Assembly: GCA_036172245.1 (NCBI GenBank)
Contig: JAYWIR010000001.1
Span: 10,478,001 to 10,542,000 of the forward strand
Reading direction: 5' to 3'
DNA: 64,000 nt
Source of the DNA: Raillietiella orientalis
Lineage: Eukaryota
Positions 1 to 12,084 of this stretch are shown in pieces. Within the stretch, counting starts at the first letter, position 1. The number at the start of each line of letters is the position of its first letter. The notes under the pieces are model-generated. The model had not been told where the DNA came from. It searched no databases and saw only the letters and a program-made list of their open reading frames with translations. The position numbers were made by a program, and so were the translations under genes.

Positions 1-599
1 GAAATTGAAAATCCTTGTGTGCGGCGCAGCTCGCACACGGCCGGTGGGGAAGAGGAAGGAGTCCGCGAGCCAGGTGCGAACCTGCGAGGTCCAGCTTGAG
101 GCATTCATTTCCGCCCGCCACTGCGCCGAGCTCTCGGAGGCGCTCCTCCTGCATTGCAGGTCTCTTTCGTGGCACCTTTTCTTGATTCCCCGTTCGTTCC
201 AGGGTTCCCGCGACGAAAGCGCCCTTCCAGAGCACACGCTGAGCTAGAGATTCCCGCTGGCATCAGTGATGCTGACACTGAAACCCTGACACGAGTCAGC
301 ACACGTGAAGATTTTTGCGTACCAACGAATGAGGTTGGGGTGCTGCTTCGGAGCAACGTGGCATCAGCATTCGCGTATAACTGGTGCCCTGTGATGATCT
401 GAGCCGGAAACCCTCCTTCCCTGCATTCAAATGAGCATGCTTATTTTCGAGATGCTATCAAAATTTTATTAGTTGTTCCAGGTGGAGACAGTTTTTCCGA
501 GACTGTCATGAGACGCGATGCCTTTCGGCTGCTGAACCAAGTGGCGAACGCGACACTGAATACGTGTCAAAAGGAAGAAGAGATCACTGGAACTCCCTG

Positions 600-1775
600 G
601 CATTTCTCTTAAGGTTGGCTCTATAGCTGCTGCTCCGGAGCTTCGCATTTTCGTTTCCCAAAGACGTGCTTCTGCATATCACGAACAGTCTGACTACCCG
701 GAAGAGGTACGACGTTTCTTGTACGAGCTTCACAACAACCGCACGCTCCGAGAGATCCTACAGCATCCTAAAAAAAAGTGCCTGGGCAGGAAGAACCTCC
801 CTTGCTGCAGCGCTGCCTTCCCTCAGGGAACATGTGGGTAGCAGTCCTGCGGCTAGATTGGTAGGGTATTGGTTCGGTTCTGTCCTTTAAGTAAGTGGAG
901 GACGGCGGAGCGACATCCACTTTTCCGTCCGTTTCATTAAGACGGTAACAAATTGGATAGATGGGAGGTTATTGTGATCTTTGGAAGGAGAAAAGGACCG
1001 GACGAGTGGGCGAAGGACCAGCTCACCGACGTTGCGACCACGATTGCTCATCCTCGTGGACTTTTGCGCTGAGACGAGTTACTGGGTATTCGTGAAGATC
1101 TGCAGTGAATTCCAGTGCTTCCGGATCGACGCATCCTCTCCTTAAAGTGACAGGAGTCGGAATTGATTCTGCTGCACGGGGCCTCCCGTGCAACGCCCGC
1201 CGGCATCAGTGAACACGGGGATGTGTGGACCCAAAGTGCGGCCGGTGAGGAAAACATGAATCCCTCTCCCACTCTGCTTGTTGATTGTTTGCTCTCCGGC
1301 CTCTATGGGAACGCTTCTCCGTGACCCTAGCAGCCCCCGGAGGGAACCCCAGGGATGCTCTGAAACCCCTACTCGTTCGCGATCCCCTTCGGCCCACAGC
1401 CTCGACAGCAGCTCGCTGCTGCCCACGTGGGATTGTAATTGCCTGAAGCGACGCATGGGAAGGGCACAGAGACAAGGATGCCATCCACTTTTCCTTCCTG
1501 TTCACGATGATGAGAACGAGATGGTCCCACCTGAAGGACTGTGTTCAGCAAGAGCTTGCCGGCGTCCTGCAAAGGATGCAGAGGAGCGCCTTTAGCAGCA
1601 CGTGGCTCCTCCCTGCACCCCTCAAATTTGTGTATTTATTCTTATTTTTGTTTCTTTTTTTCTTTTGTTTGTCCCCTCTCCTCTGCTTCCTTGGCCGACC
1701 TCACCGGTCTGCGTACCGGCATCCCGGCAGGCTCCCGTGAAAATTCACGTGGTTGAACCACCTGTCCAACCACAG
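600..1775 (+). mobile_element. Decayed 3' fragment of L1/Tx1-like LINE (subfamily A): post-RT region, zf-RVT, structured 3' UTR
   Basis: Frameshifted translation at ~1170-1290 gives LLHG(L)PCNARRHQ...KCGR...ESLSH..LLVDC, the C-terminal CCHC (zf-RVT) motif of L1/Tx1 ORF2. Homologous to 17362-18572 and 63709-64000. Confidence 0.8.
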
Positions 1776-1899
1776 AGACTACGATTGTTTATTTGTTTTA
1801 TATGAAATAAGAATGGGTAACAGCCAAAGATCCTGATGCAGCCAACTTCTTTCGCTTATCATCCCATCATGCTGCGTCGTCACCAGCATCTTGACTTAT

Positions 1900-2470
1900 C
1901 TCGCTTTTTTGCATTCGTCTAGTCCTTCAACTTTAATCCTCCCTCTTAGCGATCTTTTGATTCTAATTTCCGTGTTCCGCGGATCTCTTCATTCCGACGT
2001 CCAAACGGAACCTTAGCGTCAGATTGCTTGTTTAACATGCGTTACATGCAGCACGGGATGTCAATAATCTTGTCTTTGTTTGGAGATCTTCCCCGGAGAA
2101 AGTGAAATTCTGCGGAAATGAATCCTCACAAAGGAAGTGCAACGTCGATATCGAGATGAGTATAATTGCATGGACCTTCGATGTCTCTGGGTCGAAAATA
2201 GCATTCTTTCAGATGCCGTTCATCAAACGGTTGTCCCGGAATTGCAAATTTGCCCAGCCTCCGAATCTGTGATGATGACTTCTAGCATCTTCAGGACGGT
2301 CTCTAAAAGGAGCATGTCATGAAATGACCTTCTAGCAGGCAGACGGCAGACACGTGACTGGTTCTTTGGAAATTGGACCTACCTTTCAGAACTTCCCATG
2401 TGACGCACATGTGAAAATTCATATGAAGGAACCCACGAAGTATGAAAAAACTTGATGCCACACCTGGTGC
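1900..2470 (-). pseudogene. Possible decayed Mutator-like (MULE) transposase remnant
   Basis: Minus-strand frames give EVIITDSEAG then, after a frameshift, LKECYF, resembling the MULE 'IxTDFExA...GCxFH' motif. Many stops. Confidence 0.35.
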
Positions 2471-2475
2471 AGCAA

Positions 2476-2630
2476 TCCCCTTCGCTGCCGAAGTGAACCT
2501 CGCCGATCTTCCTATCGGTACTTGGCAGGTTCAGTGCACGTAGTAAAGCCAAGTGTTCTACCACAGAATTTCATTTCTAATTGTACTTTAATGATTATTT
2601 TAATAAAAAATGCCCTGGCAAAACGGGGTG
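2476..2630 (+). mobile_element. Extremely 5'-truncated LINE 3' end (structured element plus AATAAA hairpin only)
   Basis: CTGCCGAAG...CCGAT-cttcct-ATCGG...CTTGGCAG, then a hairpin ending TTCTACCAC, then AATAAA...CCCTGGCAAAACGGGGTGA, as at other LINE ends. Confidence 0.75.
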
Positions 2631-2865
2631 AAAAACCTCCTGCAGCAACGAATATGTCCTTCAGGGTGTTTAATTGCTATATCCATCCTTATCGATCTCT
2701 AATTCTGAATTCTTCTCTCCTCTTAATGTACTCATAGGAAAAGAGTTTGGCGGTGCAGATGTGCATGATGTCTTTTTAGAAGACCCGCAAGGAACTCCTT
2801 TTTTAAAAAAAAATAAATAAATAAAAGAACAATAGGAACTCGACGGGGAAGTTGTTGCTAATGGC

Positions 2866-3530
2866 CTAGGATGATTATCACCCGGTTATGCCTGGGAATT
2901 TATTATATGATTTATACATTGGTGTGGGTAAAAGAATCCTTGGTTCCACCACGCGCAATGACCTGCCGAATACGGATGCTCAGACCGGCGAGGTCTGCTT
3001 CATCAATCTGGGGGAAGGGAAAACAAAATAACAAAAGTTAATAAAAAAAACTGGGGTGAGGAGCATATACACTGTACGCTGCCAGGCGTCCTCTGCATCC
3101 TGTTCATGATGCCAGAAAGTCCCGTCTGTATATCTCCCAGCTGGCGGCAACTCGTAGCGGTCTTCAGGAAGGTCTGCATCCAGTAGATGGCGTCCCTGAC
3201 ATTTTGACCACTTCTGGCGTTCCAGACCGTCGTGATCCCGCGAAGACAGCAAGAGAACTGCTAGGAATGCGGCTGGAGGCAGTGCGGCACCGCTCACGAA
3301 GAGGTGTCTGAAAATGCTCCTGGGATCGCCCTCCGGGATTCCTAGGGTAGTCTCGAGGAGATCCCAAAGGGCTTGAAGGGTGTTTAACAGCAGGTGCGGG
3401 TGGGTCTGCTTTCCGCACCTATCCCACTCTGAGCATCCACGCTCCTCCCCCGTGTCCAGTGGTGAAGTCGCTCTTCGCACGGAATTCCCCTATGCACCAC
3501 CAGCAACGCCAACTCCTGCCACTTGAGGAG
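2866..3530 (-). mobile_element. LINE 3' fragment (subfamily C) abutting a SINE tail
   Basis: ORF 2980..3480(-) contains DRCGKQTHPHLLLNTLQALWDLL (degenerate zf-RVT). Structured 3' UTR at 2881-3010. Collinear with 7548-8215. Confidence 0.75.
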
Positions 3531-3599
3531 GACCGGTTGGACGATGGAATTTTTGACTGTTCTTTTGTTTTCACTGTTCTTCGGTTATTTTTTTCTTTT

Positions 3600-4210
3600 T
3601 CCGTGGTTTGCCAAGTGCTGCAAACCGTTCGCCTCCTTAGAGGGGACTCACGAAGCTCTTGAACGCTGTCCACTCGAATCGAGGGTGTGTGTAGCTGTTC
3701 AAGTTATAGGGGTTAACCCCGGAAGGGGATCATCCTATGAATCCAAGAAGGCTCCGGAGGAAGGAGTCCGTTCCTCTTACTCTTGGTAGGGAACCGCGAA
3801 AACCCTTGCCATGGTTGCCTACTAAGGGATGCCCAAAGACAATCACTTCCTTACTCTCTCTGGAGGGACCCCCTGGAGAGGGGTGCTTCATTGCTTGTTT
3901 TCCTAAGGGACTTTGAAATGAACCTGCTTTTGGAATTTCTTTTCCGGAGGGAACCCGCAAGGGAACCGCTCCTGATTTCCTCCTCTGAAGAGAATTCCGA
4001 ACGGACGCTCGTCGAAGAGAGCAGAGCACTTCTGACACGCTGAAGAAGCAACCCCTGAGGGGGATACCAACCAGTTCCATGGAATGGCTCCATCTTGCCT
4101 ACCGGAAGGAAAGCAGATTTCTCCGGCGTCGATCCTTCCTCGGGTGGGATTCGAACCCGCAACTCTCCGTGCCACGCGCGAAGATCTCAGCCTTACAGCC
4201 GCCAGCTCAG
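3600..4210 (-). mobile_element. tRNA-headed SINE-like repeat, copy 1 (internally deleted)
   Basis: Pol III B box GGTTCGAATCC on the minus strand at 4147-4157. Body shares motifs (e.g. GGAAGGAGTCCGTTCCTCTTAC on +) with nine other copies. A-rich tail on the minus strand near 3560-3600. Confidence 0.75.
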
Positions 4211-5099
4211 ACCAGAGAAACAAAACAAAACACCCTTCCCCCCCTCTTCCAACAAAAAACAAGGAAATCGTTCGCGATGAAAACAAATGAGACAGAAATC
4301 AGAACTTTATGCGGTGCAGCGGTTTCTTTACTAGGCGTGACAAGAAACCATGCGAGGAAGGCAGACGAGAGCTCGCTTTCATGTGGCTCATCTCGTTCGA
4401 CACTGCGCACTTGGGCACGGGTTCAAATTGGCTGGAGATTTCACGGAGATGAATCGATCACCTGGCGGTCTCTCTCTTTTTTTTTCTTTTTTTTGGAAAT
4501 TCTGTACTTGCAATCACTCAGGTTCCGTGATTGGGCGCGTTCCCGAAACCTACGGAGGCGCCCCGATTGTAAACGAAAGGAAGCAAAAACAAATAAACGC
4601 AAATAACCGAAGGCAGCTGGATGCTCGCGCTGTTGACGGACGTGATCGCCTTCCCGATTGGCTGGCAACCTCAGTCTCCTCCTTAGCGGGCCCACTTTGC
4701 ATTCATGATTAACAAGAAGCCACAAATGATAATGTCTCGGAACGTGCAAGGGGGTGCAGCTCGTTCCAGGAGACACATTCCTGAAGATTGGAACCCACCG
4801 CAGATGAATGCGACATCGGTCCAGACGAAAGAAACGTGGGATTTCAGGATTCATCAGGGCAGGTTTGTGATCCGCATTGTTTTGTGCCCTCTCGTCACGT
4901 AGCATTGCAAAAAGGAAAGCGGATGATGATGATAAGCCTTCGAGCATACTCTAAAAATGGAGGAAGTGGTGATGGTCATTTTGGTTAAAGTTTGAGGTTA
5001 GCCAACGCGAGTCAGAAAGACGTTCCTCACGGGTTCCTGCTCACGTCGCGGTGCCTGCTTGTGGGTGGAGGACTGCCTTTCTCCTGCTCCCTAGTGAAA

Positions 5100-6150
5100 G
5101 AGTGGTTTCGAGGCCAAAGTGTCTGACCTCTTTCTTGCTTCGAAGCCTTAGAAGATCATCCAGTGGGTGCTTTTGGTTTTGCATCATGCAGAATGTGTTG
5201 CAGGACCAGTCAATTCTCCTTACTCCGTTCTTTCTGAAGCAGCAATCTCTAGAAGCTGGAGGCCTTGGACAAGTGAAAAGATTCCAGGAAGTCTTGTAGA
5301 AAGTTGTCTTCGGGCATCAATCACCGGAACCCTCTTCAAACGACTGGATCAGTAAGAATTCTTTTTTGTTCTTTTTTGCTTTTTGTTAATCGTTTTGCAA
5401 TTCTTTCCTTCATACCAAGAGGTTTCATGGAGTTTCGATAGCACTTTCCTCCTTAAGCTGATTCAGAGAAGCTGGCTCCTGGAAAGTCTCGGAATTTTTT
5501 AATATGCTGTTCGTCTTCGAGACACTCCTGTGCTTGGAGCAGACGATCCGATAAGCGGCATTCTGTATTCCCAGTTAAAACGAGCTGCACCGTCCTGAAT
5601 GTATCATCTAATTTATACGTGAAGCAGGGCTATGTTTATCATCTCTCTTCAGGTGTCAGGGAATAAGCAGCAACCTCTGGATTCACTGATTCATTTAGAG
5701 ACCCTCAATGCAACTTTTCCCACTGCCCCTTTCAGAGTGGAGCATTCTTTGACTGGAATTAGATATGCTTTCAGTTGACGAGCTGATCTGTAGAAGTGTT
5801 TCCATCAATTACAGGTAGCAGTTTTCCTGCTGCAAGTTTCCAGGAACCAACCCACTGGGAGCACAAGAACGAGAGCAATAAATCGTCCCGTTCCTCAAGA
5901 CCTCCGGTGAATCAGAAATTGATTTCTTGTTTGAAAGACGGAGAAATACTCACCAGAAGCGAAGAAATCTCACCTGCAAAAGATTTCCTAATGTTTCGTG
6001 GAATACCACTCGAAAAGAAGCCTTTTTTTTGGTTGCCGCCTGAAATAGGAACTTCATCATGGGAGGTGTTGCTATGGTCACTTGCAATCGAATCAGAAAG
6101 ATGCAGTTATGTAGGATACGAATCGGTATGAGGCTAGAAGTTGGCGTAGT
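5100..6150 (-). pseudogene. Decayed hAT-like transposase (DUF659-type) remnant
   Basis: Ordered degenerate motifs on the minus strand: PPMMKFL (cf. PIINF), LVLTGNT..(cf. LxLPxxTRW), ILTDPVV* (cf. IxDxxFW), LVQGLQLLE (cf. PLxxALxxLE). Stops and frameshifts throughout. Confidence 0.4.
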
Positions 6151-7547
6151 ATGCATCCTAAGCCTCTAACGGAAGGTGTAAAAAAATCCTCGCGGATGGA
6201 GGAGCACACGGTGGCCATATGGGTACTTTCGATCGCATCATGTGGCGGGAGTCGTCCCCCAGACCGCATCCCCAGCCTGGCAAGGCACAGCAACACTTGA
6301 TAGATGGATCGATGAGCGTTGGTCTCAGGGAAAAACCCATGCCCTGCATTGCGCTGACCGAGCCTCCAGCCATTTCCATGCTAGTGGGGAACACCCGCAT
6401 TTTGAGGACTGCAAGTTCTCCTATGCCCCACTTAATCCCCTTTGCTCCATCCGAGCGTGATCCTGGAAACAGACAGGAAGTCGATCTTGCTGTCGTCGAT
6501 GCCAGAAACGAAGTGCAACTCTGGCTATGAGACACAACCCCTTAATCGATTGCGTCAGGGAGACTCTGGGAGAATTCTGGAGGGTAACCGAAGGGTTTCC
6601 GACGTGGCGCCGTCTCGTTGCAGCACCCCGACCTTTTCCTCGGAAAAGGGAGCCGCATCGTGATGCTGGGCGCATGCTGTTTGTAGGGAGAGAAAGCAGC
6701 TGCGTCGCTGAAGAAGGCACGCGAAAGAAGACAACATAACTGTAAGCGCTCTCCGTTTGAGTGTTGGCTCAGAGGATCACCGTTCGCTTGCGCGCGAACC
6801 GTCTTCTTCAACGCTCAACACAGCCGCGACATCTACTGGACGCGCGTGCCGGGGGGGGAGGGCAAACAGCGGAAGGCGAACGACGTTCATGTTGACGACT
6901 CTCCAGGAGAGGATTCGAAATTCTCGGTCGCAGCGCCAAATGCTGAGCTCTGTTCAGCAGTGGGAAACCTTTAGCGTTGAGTGGGAGGTTGGGGAGACGA
7001 CACTTACTCACAACAGACCCTCACTCCAGTAAGCTCGCGCTACTTCCGTGCACCGGACTTCTTCCAGATCACAGCAGAGAGAAAATGGAGTTTAAGAAAA
7101 TGATTCTTCTTTATCTAGCGGCCTGCACCATTTTCTTGATGGCAGGTCACTAGATGCCTCTGTTCTACATCACATCCCTTTACGTAATCCCAAAGGACAC
7201 ACTGATGTGACCCAGCAGCACGAACTCATCACGTCCTTTATTCGGAACGTGGGTCAGGTGGGGCCGCTGCCGCCCTTCCAAGAAGCGCCCCCCTCGTCTC
7301 CGTGAGTTCTTCACTAGCCGCTGCTAAGGGCGCAGTCGCTCCGGCAGGGACCACGAGCAAAGCGGGACTTCGACATGCGTTGCCATATCTTCCAGAGAAA
7401 TCCTGCCTTCCTGCAGAAAACTTCTATTTTCCGGATACTTCCCTCGAATGGCGCCAACCCTGGAAGATTTCAAGCTGGTTTTCCTGGCCTTCTTTTACCC
7501 ATCGAAGTGTGCGAGCTACTACAAGGCGGCATTTTGCAAGTAAGCGA

Positions 7548-8215
7548 TTGGATGATATCACCCGATTATGTCGGGGCATTTATTATGTATAAATGTGATG
7601 AAAATACATACATTATATATATGTGGTAGAAACCTTGGTTCTACCACGGGCAATGAACCTGCCGAAGACCGGTGGGCTGACCAGCGAGGTCCGTTTCGGC
7701 AGCGTAGGGGAAGGAAAAATCAAAAACAAAAATAAATAAAAAAAAACTGGAGAAAGAAGGATTTGCACCGTAAGCTGCCAGGTGACCTCTGCACTCAGGA
7801 TGCTGAGGCATATGATCGTTCAGTATGATCCTCATAGGGGACCATCTCCTGGCGGTCTTCAGGAAGGTCTTCGCCCAGTGGATGGCGTCCCTGCGATTTT
7901 AACCTCCTATTCTGACGTTCCAGGCCGTTGTGATCCCTTGGAGACAGCAAGAGAACTGCGAGGGACGCGGCTGAAGGCAGTGCGGCACCGCGCACCAAAA
8001 TGTGTCTGAAAATGCCCCTGGGGCCGCCTGGAGGCATTCCTTAAATCGTCGCGAGGCGATCCCAAAAGGGTCAGATAGCAGAAGCGGGAAGACCTCTTTC
8101 TTCCTGCACCTGTCCCACTCGCACCCACCCTCTCTCGTGTCCAGTGGTGAAGTCAGCCTTTGCATGGAATTCTCTCATGCAACTATAGTCACGTCAACTC
8201 CTGCCACTTCAGGGT
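7548..8215 (-). mobile_element. LINE 3' fragment (subfamily C) abutting a SINE tail
   Basis: ORF 7899..8165(-) reads CEWDRCRKKEVFPLLLSD. Best-preserved structured 3' element at 7623-7702, terminal hairpin CCCGA-ttatg-TCGGG at 7561-7575. Confidence 0.75.
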
Positions 8216-8289
8216 GAGCGACTGGATGGTGGGGGCTCGGGGAGCGACTCCTTTATGGTTCCTTTCTGCTTCCGTTTTCCTTCCAACTT

Positions 8290-9012
8290 TTTTGGGGGGT
8301 TCGCAGAGAACCGTCCACTTAAGGACTCACGGAGCTCTTTAAGTACCGTCCGCGCCATTCAAGGGTGTGTCAGGGACAACCCAGAAGGGGATCACCCTAT
8401 GGATCCAGGAAAGCTCCGGGAGAACAAGTCCGTTTCTCTTACGCTTGGTAGAGAACCGCGAAGAGAACCTTTGTCATGGTTGTTACGAAGGGATGTCAAA
8501 CGACAACCTCTTCCTTGTTCTCTCCGAAGGGATGCCCTGGAGGGGAGAGCACACGTCATTTCCTCTCCAGATGGCACCCGCGAAGAGAACCCACCTGGTT
8601 CGTTCCTCTGAAGAGAACCCGAAGGGACGCTTCCTAATTTTTCCGAAAGGCTTCCCCGAAGGGAGCAGCGCGGTCCTTACACTCTAGAGAGGCAGCATTC
8701 CGAGGGAATATCAACCAGCTTCATGGTGGGTTCCATATTCTCGATCGAAGGGGAGCTTCGAAGGGAACTGGTCCCGAGAAGGACCTCGGAGAGTCAACTT
8801 CCAATCACGACCACTCAACGGAGGCATCCGGTTTCCGGCTCCACTGGTGCCGCACCCGAAGCCAGTAGGCCAGCTAGAGCCATCCTGCGGTGGGAAGTTG
8901 AAACCCACGACGCACCCATTTCTCTAGTGTCTATCCTTCCCCGGGCGGGATTCGAACCCGCAACGCTTGGCACTTGGCACCACGCGCGGGCACACGGCCG
9001 CCAACGTGGGCT
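8290..9012 (-). mobile_element. tRNA-headed SINE-like repeat, copy 2 (near full length)
   Basis: B box GGTTCGAATCC (minus) at 8948-8958, A-box-like TGGCGGCCGTGTG upstream, full body. Confidence 0.8.
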
Positions 9013-10674
9013 TCGTGTATGCAGAGGAATGTAGAGCGTGAGCTCCCATGGAGGAAAAGGGCAGCGGATTCCTGCACACTGATGGATTTCAACTTGAATG
9101 AGATCGCGTCTGAGCCTTCATCTTTCCTGCCAGGAATCGAAGAATGGTCCTATTGTTCTCCGCAACCGCACTTTCTATGTATGCCTGCCATAAACTGTGA
9201 CTATCAGCATTCGACAGATTGTTAAGCATGGATTCACGGCAAATGTTGATGCCGACAGCTTGTCTCACTCGCTGCAATCACTTTTCCAGCCATGCCTAAC
9301 GCCCACGGTGTGAAAGGAAAGGCGGAAATTTCTCGAAAGAATGATTCCTCGAGGCAGGAGAATGAGGTTTGCACCGCTGTACCAACAAACAGCGTGGAAG
9401 GAGTGGAGGGGGGAGGAAAAAAATACGTGTGCCCGAATCCCCAGATGTTCACAGATTTCAAAAAGGCCTGCATAACGATTTCTGGAGCGAAATGTGTGTT
9501 TATCCAACTGTATACGAACTATGACTGTTGCATGGGATCCCATCAGGAAAGGCCCCCACATCCTGATAATTTGCCGGAGAGTCGCAACAGCTTGAGGTCA
9601 TTATCGAAAGATAGCAAAAGTTTATGGCATCAGGTTTGAGCACAAGGAACCACGCATCAACCATTTCGGCATCAACGGAAGAAATCGGTCAGATTGAGAT
9701 AACGAAAGAGTTTACAGTGCTGCCTCCTGCATCCAAGAGCTCTTGATGCACAATAAAAAAAAAAAAGAATATCGAAACAGAAAGAGACTTTTGATAAAAT
9801 ATTTGGTATCATCTTTGCATTTAAGACGAGATTTGGTAACTGTTGTGAAAAACCATAGAAGCGTGGATGTTTTTCGAGGGAACCTCAGCGTCGCCCGTAA
9901 CGACTGTCGTTCCTGAGCCCCGCGTTGTCAGGACAGCTCCATCCGGGAACTGATTCACTTGAATCTATGCAGGCTGAGTCCGCTTTAAAGGAAACAGTTT
10001 TTTTCGCTTGATTCTGAGAGATAAGCTGGGTTAAGGAGAAGGGCAGGGAAGGTGTTTCCTCCGGACCCGAATGCTGTCGCGTTGGTTCCTAATCTTCTGC
10101 ACTACAAATCGATGCTCGCAAGTTCATGTTTTGAGAACTGGGCACGGTTTTCCTTTCTTGCAAACCGAACCAGCGTGGTCAACGACGACGATTCTACGAA
10201 AGCTCATCTTTGATTCCATCAGCTGAACGGGTCCATTTTTTTCCAACGTGTGGATGATGTCTCCACAGCATCATGGTGACTTTGGGATATCCTAGCTCTA
10301 CATCATTTCATCGGTACTTTCACCAGTATTTTCCTGACACCTAACTTGGAAAAAAGGAGGCATGTCATCTGAGCGGTTCCATGAGCATATTGAGGGAGAA
10401 ATGGAACTCCAATTTCCAATCCATCGTCATCATGAGAAGGAAAGGCAAGGTCGTTGCTTTGAAGGAATCATGATGTAGCAGGATCCTGAAGCTGAAGCAA
10501 CTTGTCATTTCTCCTCCTAGCAGCAATTATTTGCGTGCTCTTTTACTACTCGAGTTGACAAGCACGAGATGTGTGGAAACTCTGAGCGAAGAGCAGTAAG
10601 GCCGTGTTCGGTAAAAGCTGATTTATCCTTCTGCCGTGTATCGGACTTAATACCTGGAGAGCCTTTTTAGAGTC

Positions 10675-12001
10675 TCCGCACCCGGCTGCTTCGCAATAGA
10701 AGCTGAAGATAGCTTTTGTCGCGAAAACATAACAAGATGACGTGAGTGATGCTTGCTGTTAGGATTTTCCCTTTGTTGCCGGGAAACAGCGGTTCGAAAA
10801 CAAGGGACCTATCCTTTTTTTTTTTTTCCCCACAAATTGTTGCGGGCTCAGCATGCTTTAGGGTGTGGTTTCTTCGTGACATTATCTCCCTAACTCACGG
10901 ATGCTGCTTTCCGTCATATAACCGAGGCTTGTCATTCGGAAATCTCAGGAATTTCGAAATGGGAATTGCCGAAATTCATCAAGTGCTACGGAGCATGTCG
11001 CCGATGCTGACAAGAGGAAACTTCACCCTTTGCTTGCCGAATGGAACTCAGGAATGTAGTAGGAACCTTCCCGTGCTTCGCAGGTATCATAACGATGACA
11101 GAATTGCATCGTTTCTCGACCTTTGGTGATGTCAAGGAAGCGGCGAAGTCTTCATTTGGTCCGTGCTTGTCGGGACGCACTCACCTTTCGTTTGCCTGCT
11201 GGAGAGGAAGAATAGGTGGCGTAGAAGCGAACTCGGGGATACTTCTTCAACATCAGAAGGGATGCAGTTACCTACATGAACGCGACTTTTGCAGATGTCA
11301 CTGCAACTTTACCAAGTAGTCGGTGCGGTAGTGACCTTGACAATGATGTCTCTTTGGGCAGCAGGAGATGATGCTTTTTCAATCTAAGATGCATGGTGTC
11401 CTCCAGAGGTTTGCTGGAAGCTGAATTCAGCACTGCTGCGTTCAGGGGGACACGGCGAGAGACCTGGCCGCCAAATGTGATCGCGACGTTTCCGGGTTGC
11501 GGGCGCGCCCTCTTGGAGGTCCGCGCCTTGCTCCTCAGCTACGCTCGCAGGAACGGGAGCTCGTCCGCCTAGCAGACGGCTCCGTGAGAACTGCTGCTGC
11601 GAGGTGGACCCACCTGCCAGAAGAGGTCTCCAGGGAGCTCGCTCGCATCTCGTGAAGCCTGTAGAAAACAAAGAACGCCTTCTATCAAAACCGCCTCATC
11701 CTTCATCTTTATTTTTTATTTATTCATTCATTCTCCCATCCTTTTCGTTCCGCACACCCTGCTTGTCGGACAGACGTTTCAAAGGTAAACCCCTCCCGAG
11801 GATTTCTGTTTGTTTTCCTCGGAAACTCGTCTACCCAGTTCTTTTAGGTTTATTCTTAAAGGAATAAACGCCCCGGCATGACCTTCTCTGCACCTGGCTG
11901 CTTCAAAAAGAAACTGAAGATAACTTTTCTGCAAAAACATAACAAGACGATGTGAGTGATGCTTGCTGTTAGGATTTTCCCTTTGTTGCCGGGAAACAGC
12001 G
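10675..12001. repeat. ~117 bp direct repeat pair (10675-10791 and 11886-12001)
   Basis: GTGAGTGATGCTTGCTGTTAGGATTTTCCCTTTGTTGCCGGGAAACAGCG is identical in both copies. The 5' halves are similar with several mismatches. Confidence 0.9.
11400..11885 (+). mobile_element. LINE 3' fragment (subfamily B)
   Basis: Similar to 50200-50880 (GCTGCGAGGTGGACCCACCTGCCAGAAGAGG vs GCTGCAAGATGGCCTCATCTGCCAGAAGAAG). Ends AATAAACGCCCCGGCATGACC. Confidence 0.65.
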
Positions 12002-12084
12002 AGTATTTATTCACAACAAGAGAATAGTCGAGAATGCTCTGATAGCCGAGAATTTATTTACAACAAATAAATCAAATTACATTC

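Noticed and set aside
2864..2896. Helitron-like 3' end (hairpin followed by CTAG on the minus strand)
   Set aside because: CTAG is not conserved in the homologous ends, which belong to zf-RVT-bearing LINE fragments, some with TSDs.
3984..4010. Hammerhead-like CTGAAGA-GAAYCCC-GAAG motif conserved in most SINE copies
   Set aside because: The second core box is mostly GAAG or GAAC instead of the invariant GAAA, I found no consistent stem III/NUH site, and the motif is one variant of the SINE subunit repeat.
6780..7500. FLYWCH/MULE-like remnant on the plus strand (DIYWT, THNRP)
   Set aside because: Motifs are too short and lack the conserved cysteines, so the call is not supportable by eye.
8940..9012. 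Functional tRNA gene
   Set aside because: Only the B box/T-arm is convincing. No full cloverleaf, and it is fused to a dispersed repeat body.
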